Shown piece after piece: positions 13,375 to 28,986 of a DNA stretch of 64,000 nt. Position 1 is the first letter of the stretch. Every line of letters begins with the position of its first letter. Under the pieces are notes generated by a model. It was not told the DNA's origin. It ran no database searches and worked only from the letters and a program-made list of their open reading frames with translations. A program made the translations under genes and the position numbers. This stretch comes from Basidiobolus meristosporus CBS 931.73 (lineage: Eukaryota; Fungi; Basidiobolomycota), in assembly GCA_002104905.1 (NCBI GenBank), contig MCFE01000250.1:50503-114502 (forward strand), given 5' to 3'.

Positions 13375-14546
13375 TCAAGAAAGGACCTTTTCGACATCTC
13401 CCTCATCGTGGATTTCACCGTTCTCCAGCTTGAAAACGGGAAGTTCAAACACTTCGGGGTCGAACTCTTCGAGGGAGGAATAGACGGCGACTGCTCCGCT
13501 ATCTCCGTCAACGCGGGAGCGAACGTTAGGATCAGGCACCCAGCATACCTGGAATTCCCTGAGGTTACTTCGTGGCCTAACTGCAAGATACATCATCGCG
13601 CTGAACTTACATGCATACCGGCAGCCAAGCCAGCCTCGACACCGTTAACAGAGTCTTCAAAGACCAAGCAATTCTCAGGAGCGGGGTTTCCGATCAGCTT
13701 GGCTGCTTCGATGAAAATGTCTGGTGCAGGCTTGCCATGCTTCACGCGAGGATCATCTCCGCAAATGATATGATCGAACAACTGGAACAACTCTTGGTTG
13801 CGGGAGGTTTTCAACAAAAAGTTCTCCTTATGGGAAGAGGTGGCAACCTGAAGATTTTGAAAGCATTACATCACAGTGGCCATGGTGATGATTAGACGTG
13901 ATAGTGGGATACGTACCACCATGGGAATCCCGTGATCTTTCAAATAACGCAGGAGTTTCTAAACCGCACAAAACGTCAAAAAGACCGCTCGCCGTTGAGC
14001 TTTCCAAAAGATTTACCTCGACACCTGGAAGGGGCTTGACCAAAGGAAATTTCTCTTCCTGAGCTTGAGCGTTAATAGAAGTGTTTTTTACAGGCCTGGA
14101 AAAACCAATTCTCACATACTTCCAATCTTTTTTTCTCGGCAATGTATTGCTCAGGGGTCAAAGGGAGCTGCAGCTCGGTAATGATAATATTGGTGGACTA
14201 AACGGAATGCAGTTTAGTATTCAAGAACGTGTCGAGAGTCTGCATGATTGCAACAAACATCTTGCATGGTGCGGCCCATGCAACGCATCTTGATGTCCCA
14301 AGTGAATTCTTTTCCATTCCCAGAGCCATGCGTTCTAACGATTTCCTCTGTGGAAGAGAAAGTTCAATACAAGCGAGTACACGTGTTATGCGATGGAATG
14401 GTTTCTTACGGGTAACTTCGGTATACACTCTCTCGGTGTCCTATGATGGAAGGTTAGGCTCAAAATATCTCTGTGCGCAGAATACGTAGAGAACACACGA
14501 GAAGCAAACCGTCCATATCGAAAATACAATGGGTAATCTTGGGCAT
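13375..14546 (-). CDS. HAD-superfamily hydrolase, pseudouridine-5'-phosphatase (HDHD1/GS1)-like, multi-exon
   Basis: HCIFDMDGLLL (motif I), GDDPRVKHGKPAPDIF, CLVFEDSVNGVEAGLAAGM. Confidence 0.88.
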
Positions 14547-14956
14547 CTTCGAAACTGTCACGGGAATGGCACAGAACCAGGTTGATAATAAAGTTCGGGA
14601 ATTGAACACTATACACGAACAAGTCGCAGATATGCCGGCCAAAAGCACCCTAAAATAAAATAATTTGAAAATCTGGTGACCAGATTCCAGCATTCAATAG
14701 AACCGCATACTGGAAACAGTCAATGAACGCAAAGATGGAATCCACTGGGAAACCAGTTAAAACGGGATGACAATACCAGTATTTTGTAAGCAGTCTCAAG
14801 TACATTTCCATGTTTTCCTTGTATTCGCACACATAATGTGACCTATGGAGGGAATATTCAAAAGGAAAAAAAGGATGTCTTATATAATATAACTCTATCC
14901 ACTTTGGATTTTGAAACTAGACCAAGCTCATTCTTGACTCGCTTCCTCAGTGCACA

Positions 14957-15775
14957 ATGAGCAGCATACCGTCTTTTGAAACTTACTCGGGAGTCCCGGA
15001 GTATATCGTAACGCACAAGTCGGAACACCCTCCTGTTGCCTTTCCTTCTCTCAACAATACTGTTTCTATTGCACTTTGCCTTGATGAAGCACCGCATTTC
15101 TTTAACACTCCTGAGACCACGAGTGTGAGCTCTCCAACTACCCCAGCACCACAAATCCCTATTGAAGGAGAGTTTTTCGTTGTTCCAAAGGGTTTCGTGC
15201 CTCTACTCATGGTGGATACGCTCACCTCGGTGGTGGAATATAACTTTCCACCTGAAAATATCCCACTGACACAGCCTACCTTTGCCAACCCCATTTACCC
15301 TGCCACTCAAATAGCACCTTTTATTCCCTCTAGACAAGTGCCCCAACCTTCCCCAAACCCAACTGCTACTCAAGCAAAGCCTGCAAAGGCTAAGAAAACA
15401 CCACGCCCGACCAATGCCTTCATACTCTTCCGTCGAGAAAACCACGGGAGGATATTTCAGCAGAACCCATATTTGTCCAACAACGACGTCTCGAAGACTT
15501 TGGGTAAAGAATGGAAAGCGCTACCGGAATCTGAGAAGGAGATATACCGACAGAAGGCCAAAAGCCTCCAACAGGAACATCAAGAGAAGTACCCAGATTA
15601 TAAATTTACCCCACAGCCTAACCGTCGCAAGCGCACCAAACCGGATACCGCCTCAGATACATACGATGGATCCGGTCATGCCTCTTACGTAGAATCCGCC
15701 GAGCCCAAGGCCACCCACACATTACATAACCCATTCCACATCTTCTATATCCCTAAAGTGGCCAATTCTAGCTGA
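14957..15775 (+). CDS. Single HMG-box transcription factor (MATA_HMG/SOX-like), intronless
   Basis: KTPRPTNAFILFRRENH...SKTLGKEWKALPESEKEIYRQKA...HQEKYPDYKFTP. Confidence 0.9.
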   Translation: MSSIPSFETYSGVPEYIVTHKSEHPPVAFPSLNNTVSIALCLDEAPHFFNTPETTSVSSPTTPAPQIPIEGEFFVVPKGFVPLLMVDTLTSVVEYNFPPENIPLTQPTFANPIYPATQIAPFIPSRQVPQPSPNPTATQAKPAKAKKTPRPTNAFILFRRENHGRIFQQNPYLSNNDVSKTLGKEWKALPESEKEIYRQKAKSLQQEHQEKYPDYKFTPQPNRRKRTKPDTASDTYDGSGHASYVESAEPKATHTLHNPFHIFYIPKVANSS

Positions 15776-16351
15776 GAGTGACTGTGACCAGGTGTTTGCT
15801 TGATACGGGCCTTTTCTGGTAGATGACAATAGCTTTGCACGCCGCCTCAACAATATCCACTTTTTGAGCGAACAATCGGGTGGCCTTTTTTGGAGTTATA
15901 CAAATTTGCAATTCTTTTTCCTATTGGTTGGCTTGCACCAATCAGGCTTGGTACTGATGCTTATGGATCTACGCAGGGATGATTGGTCTCCAGTAGGATG
16001 CCATCACTCCACTAGACATTGTTTACCTTTCTTTCACCACCAACTGTATACAAATCAATTAAATTATGACAAGCCGGCACAATAGCTGTAGACCACCCTC
16101 ACACTTACCGCATTAATAAATAGTTGGTTAAATCATTGTCTGTTGTGTATTGATTTGTATGAAGATTAATCCAATTTAGCCATCAATTCAAGGGTGTGTT
16201 GACATGAACAATGTGTGCGATAAGAGTAGTCACAGAACGGTGGTTGCTCCATTTTTCTTCCCTATTGAATGCGCCCTAATCCGCTGTATACCCACCACCC
16301 CCCAGCAACTTGTAATCTTTCGCCCCAGAGCCCACTTTATTTGTTGAAAGG

Positions 16352-19300
16352 ATGCGCATCTCTCCGCCGCAGCCATCTTCTCCTGCAGTGTTGAGAAACC
16401 AAAAGCCGTTCTCCCCTCCAGAGAATGGACAGAGTGCCTCCCGCCGGCCACTCCCTATACCACCTGTGCAGGAGAAGCATCTTTCCAAATCGTTCAGCCA
16501 GACGCCGTCATCTACGCGAAGCATGGGAACCAACTCCTCTCATCAACTTCCAAAGATCCCCTCGAACAAGCCAAGATTTGATTTTAGAGAATCCTCCTTC
16601 ACGGCCAACCTAAGCGCCGATTCCTCTCCAACCAGTGTGTCAAAGACCCAGGGTAATTTTTCTCCTATTTTTCCCGATTCTCACTCCAACAGAGAAGCGC
16701 TTGACCTGCCACCTAGCTACAACCAACGATAGCATTCTAACGCTTGGGTCCCTTTCTTCTGAAGACTCCCAGTATTCCCATGATTGCTCTATGCCTCGTA
16801 ATAACCTTCAAGCTTACAACCTGTAGATTTGCCTGGAAGCCAGCGTGCCTCGCTTGGTGGTCTAAAGACTTCCAATAACCCACCCGCGGCAAAGCCCACA
16901 AGGACTTCGTTGTTCGTCCCAAAATCCACTTCAAAGCCAAATAGGTTGGTGAAATATGTACCTGCCGATCTTGCAAGGTTTTTTCGTATATTTACCAGAA
17001 TTGTAGTCAACAAGAAGAGGTTGGAGGCATGGAGTTGGGCAGCAGCCCCTCTGTCAACCGTGGCCTAGGGAACAACCCATCTGGTATAGCAACATTGGGG
17101 AAAGTCTACTCGGGGACGGGCCAGTCGATCGTAAGTGTTGATTCATTCTACGCAAACCAGGCTTCGAATTTTTCAATTGAATGTTTTCATAATGCGGATA
17201 GATACGATCCAATCTAACCCAATATTCCCTAAACAGAAGGCGAAGGCGTCGGAGCCGGATTTCTTGCAAAAAGGCAAACCCCATGGGTTTGGGAGCCCTT
17301 CTGTGTTCACCAGGCTACGCGCCAATTCCCATTCACAGATCGACCCTAAATCCACCAAGCCAAGCCTTTCCAGATCCAACTTGAACGGCAAGAGCGCTCA
17401 TTTCCCGACCCCTAACGGATCTCCAAAGTCGCTTGGAAAGGAGAAAACGAAGCCAGAGAAGCCATCACGAAGCGCGGGGAGAGCGCATCCAATTGGCAGT
17501 AGTAGTGATCAATCTAAGCTCTCAACCCCGCCCAAAAGCACCCACACCAAAGGTGCTACTAACGTGAAGCCCGGCGCGGATGCAACAATGGCCGACGGAC
17601 CGACAAACCTGCTGCAGGCGCAGTATCACACCAGCGCCACCGATACCAAGCCATCCTTTAAAAAGGTAACACCTGGCTCTACTAATTCGATTCAACCCCG
17701 TTTACTCACACATTCTCCTGCAAAGTATATCGGACCTACCACACCCTCCGCTTCGAACATTGCTCGCAAGAACCTGACACCCAAGGCTTCACCTACAGCT
17801 AGCCCAATCACAAGCAACTCGGAGCTTCGGAAAAGCGCCAGCAATACCAACGGCAATGCATACCCGAATCACCACGCGTCCTCACCCCAGACGGCAAGCG
17901 GCAATGACTCATTACCAACACCGTCGAAGCTGGCTCAAAGTAAACTACGCTCTACTCCGAACAAGATGAAGCCAACGAAGTCTTCTGGCATCGGCTCAGA
18001 ACTAAGTGGCTCAACGATGAGAGACTCGCCATTGGCCAGCGAAACCAAATCATCCTTGGGTCTAACCAACATCAAAGTCCCTTCCACAAGCGGTAAAGGC
18101 CACTCGATGATCTCCACCCCAGTAAAGGAGATGGTGGCAAAAAGCGGGAAACCGTTTTCCAACCAATCGCCCATCGGAGGGAAATCAAACCCCTCCAGCC
18201 GTACGTCGAGTGTGCAAGACATCTCGGGGGTAGACCGCTCGATGAGCAGCCTGGAGATTTCCACCAAGGCCATGGACCCACTTACCGTCCTGAAGGCAAA
18301 CGTCCACAAGCTAAGCCTATACGAGCGCGGCGAGATCCTCGAATACCCACGGATCTACTTCTACGGCGAGAACATTGTCAAGAAACCAGTGAAAGGGGAC
18401 GGAAACACCAACTTCGGGTACGATGACGAACGTGGCGACTACCAAATCGTGCTGCACGACCATTTGATCTATCGCTACGAAGTTCTCGAGATCCTCGGCA
18501 AAGGCTCCTTCGGCCAGGTCATCAAAGCGTTCGACCACAAAACCGACCAAGTGGTGGCCATCAAGATGATTCGGAACAAGTCTCGCTTTCACACCCAGGC
18601 CTTGATCGAGGTCAAGATCCTAGAGTCGATTCGGAAATGGGTCAGTCATTTGGTTACCTGCATGTTGCCTTGAATGTATGAACTGATTTGAAATCTAGGA
18701 TCCGGATGATGCGCACAACCTGGTCCACATGCACGATCACTTCTACTTTCGAAACCATCTGTGCATCGCCTTCGAACTGCTCAGCATCAACCTCTACGAA
18801 TTCATCAAGAGCAACTCCTTCAAAGGCTGCAGCATCAACCTGATCCGCCGCTTCACCATCCAAATCATCCGCGCGCTGACCCTCCTCTCAAAGCATCGAG
18901 TGATCCATTGCGACCTGAAACCCGAAAACATCCTGCTGAAGTCGACGAGTAAGAGTGCGATCAAAGTGATCGACCTGGGCAGCAGCTGTCTGGAAACCGA
19001 ACGTGTGTATACGTACATTCAGAGCAGGTTCTATCGCTCCCCAGGAGGTGATACTTGGAATGCCGTATAGCATGGCAATCGACATGTGGAGCCTAGGGTG
19101 TATACTAGGTGAACTCTATACCGGATACCCACTATTCCCAGGCGAAAATGAGAAAGAACAGTTGAGCTGTATACTGGAGATCCTTGGAGTTCCTGCCCAG
19201 AGCATGGTTGATAGATGCAGTCGGAGGTCGACCTTTTTTGAATCTGGACGGCACACCCAAGGTGGTGATCAACTCCAAGGGGAAGCGGCGCTATCCGGGG

Positions 19301-19762
19301 ACGAGACCGCTGACGCAAGTGTTAAAATGCACCGACGAGCCCTTCTTGGACTTCATTACCCGGTGCCTCGAGTGGGATCCAGAAAAGCGGATTAAACCGG
19401 ATGAAGCAATGCAGCACCGTTGGATTCAAGCGACCAGCAACGACGCCCGCCTCGTACAGCCCCGATCAACCACCCCCCGCACCAACAGCAACCCTACTAC
19501 GCCACAGCACAGTCGCAAACTTCCTGCGAAGAGTTCCAAGGATTTCAAATACACGAGCCCCCACGTCACCCCATGTGCATCTAGAAACCAAGCTGAGAGC
19601 GCCAGTGCACCAATCAGCAGAACATCAAGGCGAATTCGACTTACACCTACGATGTTGCGCGCAAGCATACCTCGCACTCCTACACCCACACCTGACAGCT
19701 TTCATTCACCCATCAACGATACACCCCTTAACGCCATCTATGCTCACTATTCCATAGAGTAA
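16352..19762 (+). CDS. Class II DYRK kinase (Pom1/DYRK2-like) with a long S/P-rich N-terminus; apparent +1 indels at ~16722, 19044-19045 and 19246-19247; 5' exon structure uncertain
   Basis: DH box [58 protein letters not shown]. Confidence 0.88.
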
Positions 19763-20120
19763 TAACATAAACCACCCAGCCATACCGTAACCAACCTAAT
19801 GAGCACCGCCCACTCCCACCACCATGTAGATACTAGTTCACATTACGCATGTGGATGCCGTATTTATCCTAGCCACCAACGCCGCTCCGGGGGAGGGGAA
19901 GCCAACATCAAATAGTGTACTTCTTATTACATTTAACCGTGAATAAAGCGAGACTGCGTAGTTGGCACCACAAGTTTGGATCAACATATTTATTGCAATA
20001 TGACCGGGTTAGATCAAAAAAGGGGGGAGTAGCAGAGAATACGATTACAAGCACAATGACGGTATATACATATCTTGGAAGACCATTGGAAAGTAGGGAA
20101 ATTCGCCATCAAGACATAAT

Positions 20121-20570
<450 letters not shown>

Positions 20571-21164
20571 TCAGAAGTGGTCTTGGGTTGGGCTTATATA
20601 TGCCGCAACCCATGGTACCACTATGCGCTCTTGTTATGCAGAAATGATCCAAGTTTACTTAACAAAATCCAAAAGTTCGTGTTCCAGCGTTCACCGATCC
20701 GTGGTGAGTTCGTGTAATGTCATCGCTTCTCATCATTGAAAATCCGCGACCTTCCGCCCTTTTTGCCTCGGGCCAATGGCTGCACAGAACACGGTGACTA
20801 TTAGTTGAATTTCTCAGTCTACAAGGTCACTGCATCCTCCAATCACCGCTGTGAATCGGGTGGAACTTGACTTCCGTTGCCTTTAATTTCTATTTCCATT
20901 CTGATTCGTAAATGACGTATGGAGATCTTGATCTCCTGCTCAGCAAAAATTGGCTCCCGCTCAACCTGCCGCAATCTCTGCTTTACGATATTCGAGATTG
21001 GTAGTTCTTTCATAAAATTACTCATCAAATTCCCGCAATCTCCCCCAATCTCGTTATTATCATATAGCTTAGATGCTTGGACAGATGGCTCATTAGCAAT
21101 CAGTTTATTTACAATGAAAATAGTAGACAATGGATATATCTATATACTACAGGATGAGTTGAGC

Positions 21165-22240
<1,076 letters not shown>

Positions 22241-22589
22241 AGGGAGTCAATTGTTATTCGGGCTCCCGTTCTGCAACCACACCTTTTTATACCCAAATGT
22301 CCACCAAATTTGTTGGCTCTTGAGTCTGGTGATGTATAGGATTTGTCATGGATCACAATCTAAATCCAATTCCTTCGATTCAATTCAATTCATGAAATCT
22401 CCGATGAATTTTTTTTAAAACTAGATTAGTGGAAACAGGAATGGATTTGAATGCTAGCATGGCATCCAGAAATTTTCCATACAAAAAAAAATCCACCAGC
22501 CGCTAGAAAAAAAAGAAATATCTTAGGGTTGATAGATGTTGAGTAGTCAACAGACTGGAAGCTAGACTAAACTAAACAACCAAACCAAC

Positions 22590-24822
22590 ATGCCATCCAA
22601 ACGTGAGTCTAAATAGTTCCTTATGCTGCCCATTCCTCTCGAAGAAGTGTATTAACCATATCACGTTGTCCAAAAGGTACCGTGAAAAGAACTTTAGGGG
22701 AGAAATTAGCGGATTTGGCCAACCCTCGACCAAAAGGTAAATACATGGGTGCTTCTGTGCAGGCAAAAGTGTCCGAGGTTCGTTACTGACCCGACGGATT
22801 TGGTGGCTTCTAGATTTGGATCCCGAGAATTATGACTTTGCCACTGGAGATCAACAGGCGAACTCCGACAGTGAGATTTCGGATATTTCTGAGGACGAAG
22901 CCTCTCGCGAGCATTACGTCAAAGTTGGGTAGGGTTTTTTGGATCGGCTTAGGATGTCGTCTTCGTCCGGAGATATCTAACCCTTTTTCTTCGAACTTTA
23001 TAGGCAAAGCAAACTGCGTAACCAAAACTTTGTCTTGAACGACCCAAAGTATGCAGGAAAGAGAAGCAGCAGAAGCACCTTGTTCGACGACGAAGCCGAG
23101 GAAGAAGGTGATGATGATGGTGAAGAGGAGGAGGACGAAGAGGAGGAGGGTGAGGAAGAGGTTGCCGTGGATTCCGATGACGATTTTGGCAGCGATCCTC
23201 TCCCTGAAGATGAGGAGCTTGAATTCGACGATAGCGACCTGGGTGAATCCCAAGATGGCTCTGAGCAAGACTCCGAGGCACTTGAAGATACAAGCTCAGA
23301 AGAGGTAGAATTCTCACATCTATCCTATCTGTACAAAATAGTACTAAACGAGAGAAAACAAACAGGACGAGGAGGTTGATGACTATGAACAAGACGAAAA
23401 GCTTCAAGAGGAGCTCCAGAAAATCCAAGAGGATGAGAAGTGAGTAAACCCACAGCGCCTGGCGGAAAATGCTCGTTTCTAACGGAGTGCTTTTCAGATC
23501 ACTTTTGAAGAATATCACCCAGAGTGCTAAATCCGATGTGGAGAAGGGCCAACACGTCAAAAACCAATTGGTGAGTGTTTATCTGTAGATTTGCATGTGC
23601 TGCTTTTGCTCAATGTCTTTTGATAGCACATCTGGGAAGGTCTTCTTGACCTCAGAATCCGTATCCAAAAGTCCATCAACTCTGCAAACAAACTTCCACA
23701 GGTAGCTTTTATTTTCTGGCCAGTGCGTCGATCACCATTTAATGGTTGTAACGTCGTAGCATGATATCTACCCCGAATTCTGTACACCCGAATCCAACTT
23801 GGCAGTCGAGGAAGCCAAAACTGAAGTTAGAGAGCTCATGGACTCTCTTCTCGATATCAGAACAGTAAGTGAGATTCCTGTCGAGCCATTCCTCCGTAAC
23901 TAATACTAAGGTGTCTTGGATATAGTCGTTATATGAGCGCAATCCTATGATCGAGTTCAAGCCATCGGAGTTCCAAAACCGCAAGAGAGCTTTGGAGAGT
24001 GAAGATGATGACTACGCCTTAGCTTTGTGGAAAGATATTGACGGGATCAACCGCAAGTAAGTTGGAGTCGATATGATGATCTACAAGGATCAGAGCTAAC
24101 GGTCACCTCAGAATGGTTTCTTATCGCGATGAGACACTTGAGAAATGGAGCAACAAAGTTCAGATCGCCTCTGGCATTCCTCTGAACAAGAAGTTCAAAT
24201 CCTTGAATCAAGGAATCATGCAGCAGGTCAACCAGCTTCTATCTGACAGAGAGCGCCTGGTTAAAAGAACCCAGCTGCAAGCGTGGGGAATACAACATCC
24301 TTGGAAAAGAGGAGGAGAAGACCGAGGTGAAAGAAGAGCTTCTTCCTGAAGAGCTCAAGGAGCTTAGCAACAAGGACGAACATCTTTCGAACCATGACTC
24401 TGAAGTCTTCGACGATACCGACTTCTACCAGCAATTGCTTCGTGAGCTGATCGAGAGCAAAATGGTTGATTCCAGTAAGTGATCCATCCCAACTGTAGAA
24501 CTGCAAAGGGCCACCACTAACTGTTGTTCTCGCATTAGACGACCCTGTAGCTTTGGGTATGAGATGGGCCGCTATCAAACAAACCAAGCAAAAGAAGAAG
24601 AAGGTTGACACCAGAGCCAGTAAAGGCCGTAAGCTTAGATACCATGTGCACGAGAAATTGCAAGGCTTCATGGTTCCTATCCCCACCGGGACATGGCACG
24701 AGGAAATGGTTGACGAGCTGTACGCATCTCTTTTGGGAAGGCGTGTGGCTCCTACCAGCATGGAGAATGATGAAGAAAACGAAGTGGAGCCAACGAATGA
24801 CGGACTCAAAATTTTCGGATAA
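22590..24822 (+). CDS. BFR2: AATF/Bfr2 small-subunit processome protein, multi-exon
   Basis: TLGEKLADLANPRPK, acidic tract, WDLRIRIQK region, VDTRASKGRKLRYHVHEKLQGFMVP...DELYASLLG. Confidence 0.9.
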
Positions 24823-25030
24823 CTTGATTCCACACTATGCATATAGAACTTCATGTATCAACCATAGAATGACTTTTCAGAAATTATAGTATATCGCGCA
24901 ATAAAATAACTAATATGTAGTATAACTGATCTGTTCAATTTCCGAACCAATTTCCATTTTCTCTGATTTCAGGGGATTTCTTTTTGGATAAGTTCGTGCG
25001 CTCCATCACCAACCAGCCTTGTTCCGAACC

Positions 25031-25525
25031 ATGTCAGCTTACGAACAGACGGTGAAGGGCTCCCTCAAGCTCAAGGGCGAGGGAATCTTGAAGTAGACTT
25101 CTGCTGTATCCTCCTTCTTTAGTGTACATTCGCCTTACTTTTCGCTTGTGTTAGGAAAAAGAAGAAAAAGAAGGACAAGAAGCTCTTAGAGGCCTTGGAA
25201 AATGCTGAGGCCGAATCCTCCGTACCTGTGAGAACAAAAACCGCTGCGGAGCTGAAGTATGAAGCTGTACAGAAGAAACGCGTATGTATTCGTTCTTCCC
25301 CTCGTTGCTTTAGATCATACTAAATTGCTTCACTCACCTCTAGCAACAAGAAAAGATTGCTCAAGCCGCAACCAGGTCCCACAAGGAGAAAGTCGCAGTA
25401 AGTTGAGCGCGCGCATACACGCATACAATGAGTGAAACTGACCGAGTTGCATTTTCCAGGAATTCAACGCCAAATTGGAGAGCCTTTCAGAGCATTACGA
25501 CATTCCCAAAGTTGGACCGGGCTAA
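25031..25525 (+). CDS. FAM32A/DUF1754 family small nuclear protein, 4 short exons (absent from the ORF track)
   Basis: Spliced by eye: MSAYEQTVKGSLKLKG...KTAAE...[28 protein letters not shown]. Confidence 0.85.
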
Positions 25526-26019
25526 TGTTGGCTATTTTATTACGTTTTGTCGTATTGGATATGGTTGTATAATAAATAGGTGTTTTCTATGAATATTTTC
25601 TGGGATTCGGGATGATACTAGGGGTTTTCTAGAATCGGGACAGCCGAACCACTTAGATGTTGGAATTTTGACTTAATGGAACGCCCGCCTCGTCCAATTA
25701 TGTGAGGTTTGTTTTTCAAAAGTGAGGGAGCATTGGATAAATGGAAATAAATCTAGCATGACGCTCCATTTTGCATATCTTTAGAGCAGTATATCGTGTA
25801 TTGTCTATGAACAGTTGAGCATTCAGTTACTCTGTCGCACACATCCCCATTTATCTTTTCAGTGACGTGCAGAGGAGTGAATCTCCAAATAATTCCCTTT
25901 ACTTCTGCATAAATAGGGCTCACACATATATCTTACCATTCACATTCACATTCACATTCACTTTCTTAGCTAGTTACTTCCAAACCCAATCGCTTTTACT
26001 GAGCTAACTCTCATTACTT

Positions 26020-28986
26020 ATGGAGTCTTCCGTTTTTTCAAAGGAGGGCTCACTTGCGCAAGATGGTAGGATCAAGTTGCGTGTAAGTTCAAGAATATCT
26101 ACCAACTCCTTGCTTTTAAGAGACATTCCCACCGCCGTCGGAGCAGCTACTCGCTATAGGAGCCCTCATCAATTCGGCGCTCGAAATCGGAGAAACTAGA
26201 TATCTAGTTGATACGAAGTGGTTTAACGAATGGCAGCGATACGTCACATGCGACTCGCCCGTTCCACCTGGGCCTATCGATAACACCTCACTGTTTAAAG
26301 ACGAATCGTGCACCTCACTGAGGGACTGGTTAAGTGTTGATGTGGATGCTATCCCTATACCACAAGAGGCATGGGAAAAGCTTGTGCTTTGGTAGGGTTA
26401 CTCAGCTCTTAAGACATGTACCGCAAGTATTCACAAACTTCGTATCCAGGTATGATTCGTCCACTCCAGAGATTGCCCGGCCTGTCATCAAAGGGTCGGC
26501 ACAAAACGCTGTCATAGAAGTTTACCCTTGGGAAGTAAGCTTAGTTCGCATTCTACCACCATCATCCAACATTCCGAAAAGCGAGATCCCCAAAGTCAGA
26601 ATCAGCAAAGGATGCACTCTAGCTGACCTACGCAGCAAAGTTATTGACACATTGAAGATCAATGGAGATATGAAACTCTGGAAGTTTAACGAAGACAAAC
26701 CAGACACAGCATTTATCACATCGAATCAGCTGAAGAACAATGCTCGACTCATTGTGACGGATCTTAACAATAAAACCATTCTAGAATTCGGACTCTACTT
26801 GTATGACACAATTGGTGTGGAGACAAAAGTGAACGGGAAATGGCCAACAGAATGTACTACTAGACTAAGTGTAAGCCCCAGTCCTCGTCCTCACAGCCAT
26901 ACTCGCCCCTCCAGTAGATCACCCATCATCTCGTCCTTGCCTTCGCCTTCACTCTCGCCTTCACCTTCACCCTCGCCCTCGCCGTTGCACACGACCAAAC
27001 TCAACTCTCAGATCAAAAGGCCCAGCGGTGTGACGGGTCTATCCAATTTGGGAAATACCTGCTTCATGAATTCCGCGCTCCAATGCTTGAGTAACACTCC
27101 CGACCTTAAAGAGTACTTCCTCACCTCGCTGTACGAAAAGGAGCTAAATAGCACAAACCCTTTGGGAATGCAAGGAGAAGTCGCCAAAGCCTTTGGAAAC
27201 CTAATGAAAAAACTTTGGAGCGAAGAATACAACTGCGTCATACCCCGAGACTTCAAGTCAACCGTCAGCCGGTTCGCCCCCGCTTTCATGGGGTATCAAC
27301 AGCATGATTCACAAGAGTTTATCGCATTCCTGTTAGATGGTCTACACGAGGACCTGAATCGGATTTACGATAAGCCCTACATCGAAAAAATGGATTCCGA
27401 TGGCCGACCGGATGCCCTGGTGGCTGAGGAGCATTGGAAATTACACAAGGCACGCAACGATAGCATTATTGTAGACATGTTCCAAGGTCAATTCAAAAGC
27501 ACTCTGGTGTGCCCCGAATGTGACAAAGTCTCGGTCACCTTTGATCCCTTCATGTACCTGACCCTTCCTGTGCCGATCTCGAAAGACTTGAAGCTTCAAA
27601 TCCATTTTATTCCCTTAGATCCGTCCAAGCGGCCGCTGAAGCTGAACTTACGTATGCCTTACGAGGCCACTCACAGGAGCCTGAAGGAAAAGCTGGGGGC
27701 CATGTTGAACGTTTCGTCCCAGAATCTGGCTTCATGTGAGATTTATTCGGCACGTATTTACAAAGTCTTTGAGAACCTGGAAAAGCTGAGTGAGATCGAG
27801 ACGGAGGATGGAATTTATGTGTACGAGCTTCCAGTATCATTTCCACCTAGTGTACATTCCGGATATGTGATACTACCAGTATTACTCGCATATTCATTGC
27901 CAATGTCCATACCATCTTCTTGTAACGTCTCCAGCTTTTTTGGATTCCCGCTGATGGTGGCTCTGCCAGAAGACCAAATTTCAGAAACGGCTCTAGAGCT
28001 TGCTGTGATGGAGCAGCTAAGTAGATACACTACAGTCGATCTCGACTTTTTGGACCCAGCCGAATTCCCCGGGGAACCTGAAGACCTGATTGATAACGTT
28101 GAGCAAACCCATATCGAAATAGAATACATGTGTAACGATGATAATAATCCCCCAATGGCATCGGAGGAAGCAGCCTCCTCAAAATTATTTGAAATGAAGG
28201 TCAATAGCCAGACCTCCGCACTTGGAATCCCGAACAATTTCATGTTGAACAGCCTCACTAGCCTAAGTAAACGACGACAAAGGATAAGTGAAGCCAATGA
28301 TGATCAGCAGAAATCTTTACTCAGCTACGGTGATACCATCGTGTGTCAATGGAAACGTGAAGTGGCTGACTACGTATTCAAGGCCAATAATAGGGCAAAA
28401 AGTGCTGAGGTTGTGCATAGCGGGTTCCGCGGTGCCTTCGAGACGTACCAGAACCCCGCCGAACCGACCACCCCAGAGGTCAAGAAAAACCCCCTGATTT
28501 CACTCTATGATTGTTTGGGTGAATTTGTCCGGGAAGAGCGACTGGGAGAGGAAGACCCTTGGTATTGCCCAAGCTGCAAGAAGCACCAGCAGGCCTGGAA
28601 AAAGTTCGACCTGTGGCGAATGCCGGATATTCTGGTGGTTCATTTGAAACGGTTTTCAAACCTACGCAGCTGGCGAAATAAGATTGACGCTCTGGTGGAT
28701 TTCCCTATCAGGGGTCTCGACCTCTCATCCCACGTTCTGCCTGAAAACACGAAGACAGGTAGTTTGGTTTACGACCTTTACGCTGTCTCGAAATCATTTT
28801 GGCGGAATGGGTGGCGGCCATTATACTGCGTATGCTTACAACCAAGAGCAGAAGCAGTGGTATAATTTCGATGACGCTAAAGTCGAACCTGTAAACGAGT
28901 GCGCACTTAAAACCTCTGCAGCTTATCTTCTTTTCTACAGGCGAAGAGATGCCGTCTCCCATATTCCCGGAGTGCAAATCAAATAG
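26020..28986 (+). CDS. UBP12: Ubiquitin-specific protease USP4/11/15 (Ubp12-like) with DUSP domain; +1 indel at the A-run 28791-28793
   Basis: DUSP region ([14 protein letters not shown]), Cys box [25 protein letters not shown], His box [13 protein letters not shown] in the shifted frame. Confidence 0.9.

Noticed and set aside
14957-15775. Calling the HMG gene the Mucorales-type sex locus
   Set aside because: The flanking tptA and rnhA genes are absent; kept only as a low-score finding.
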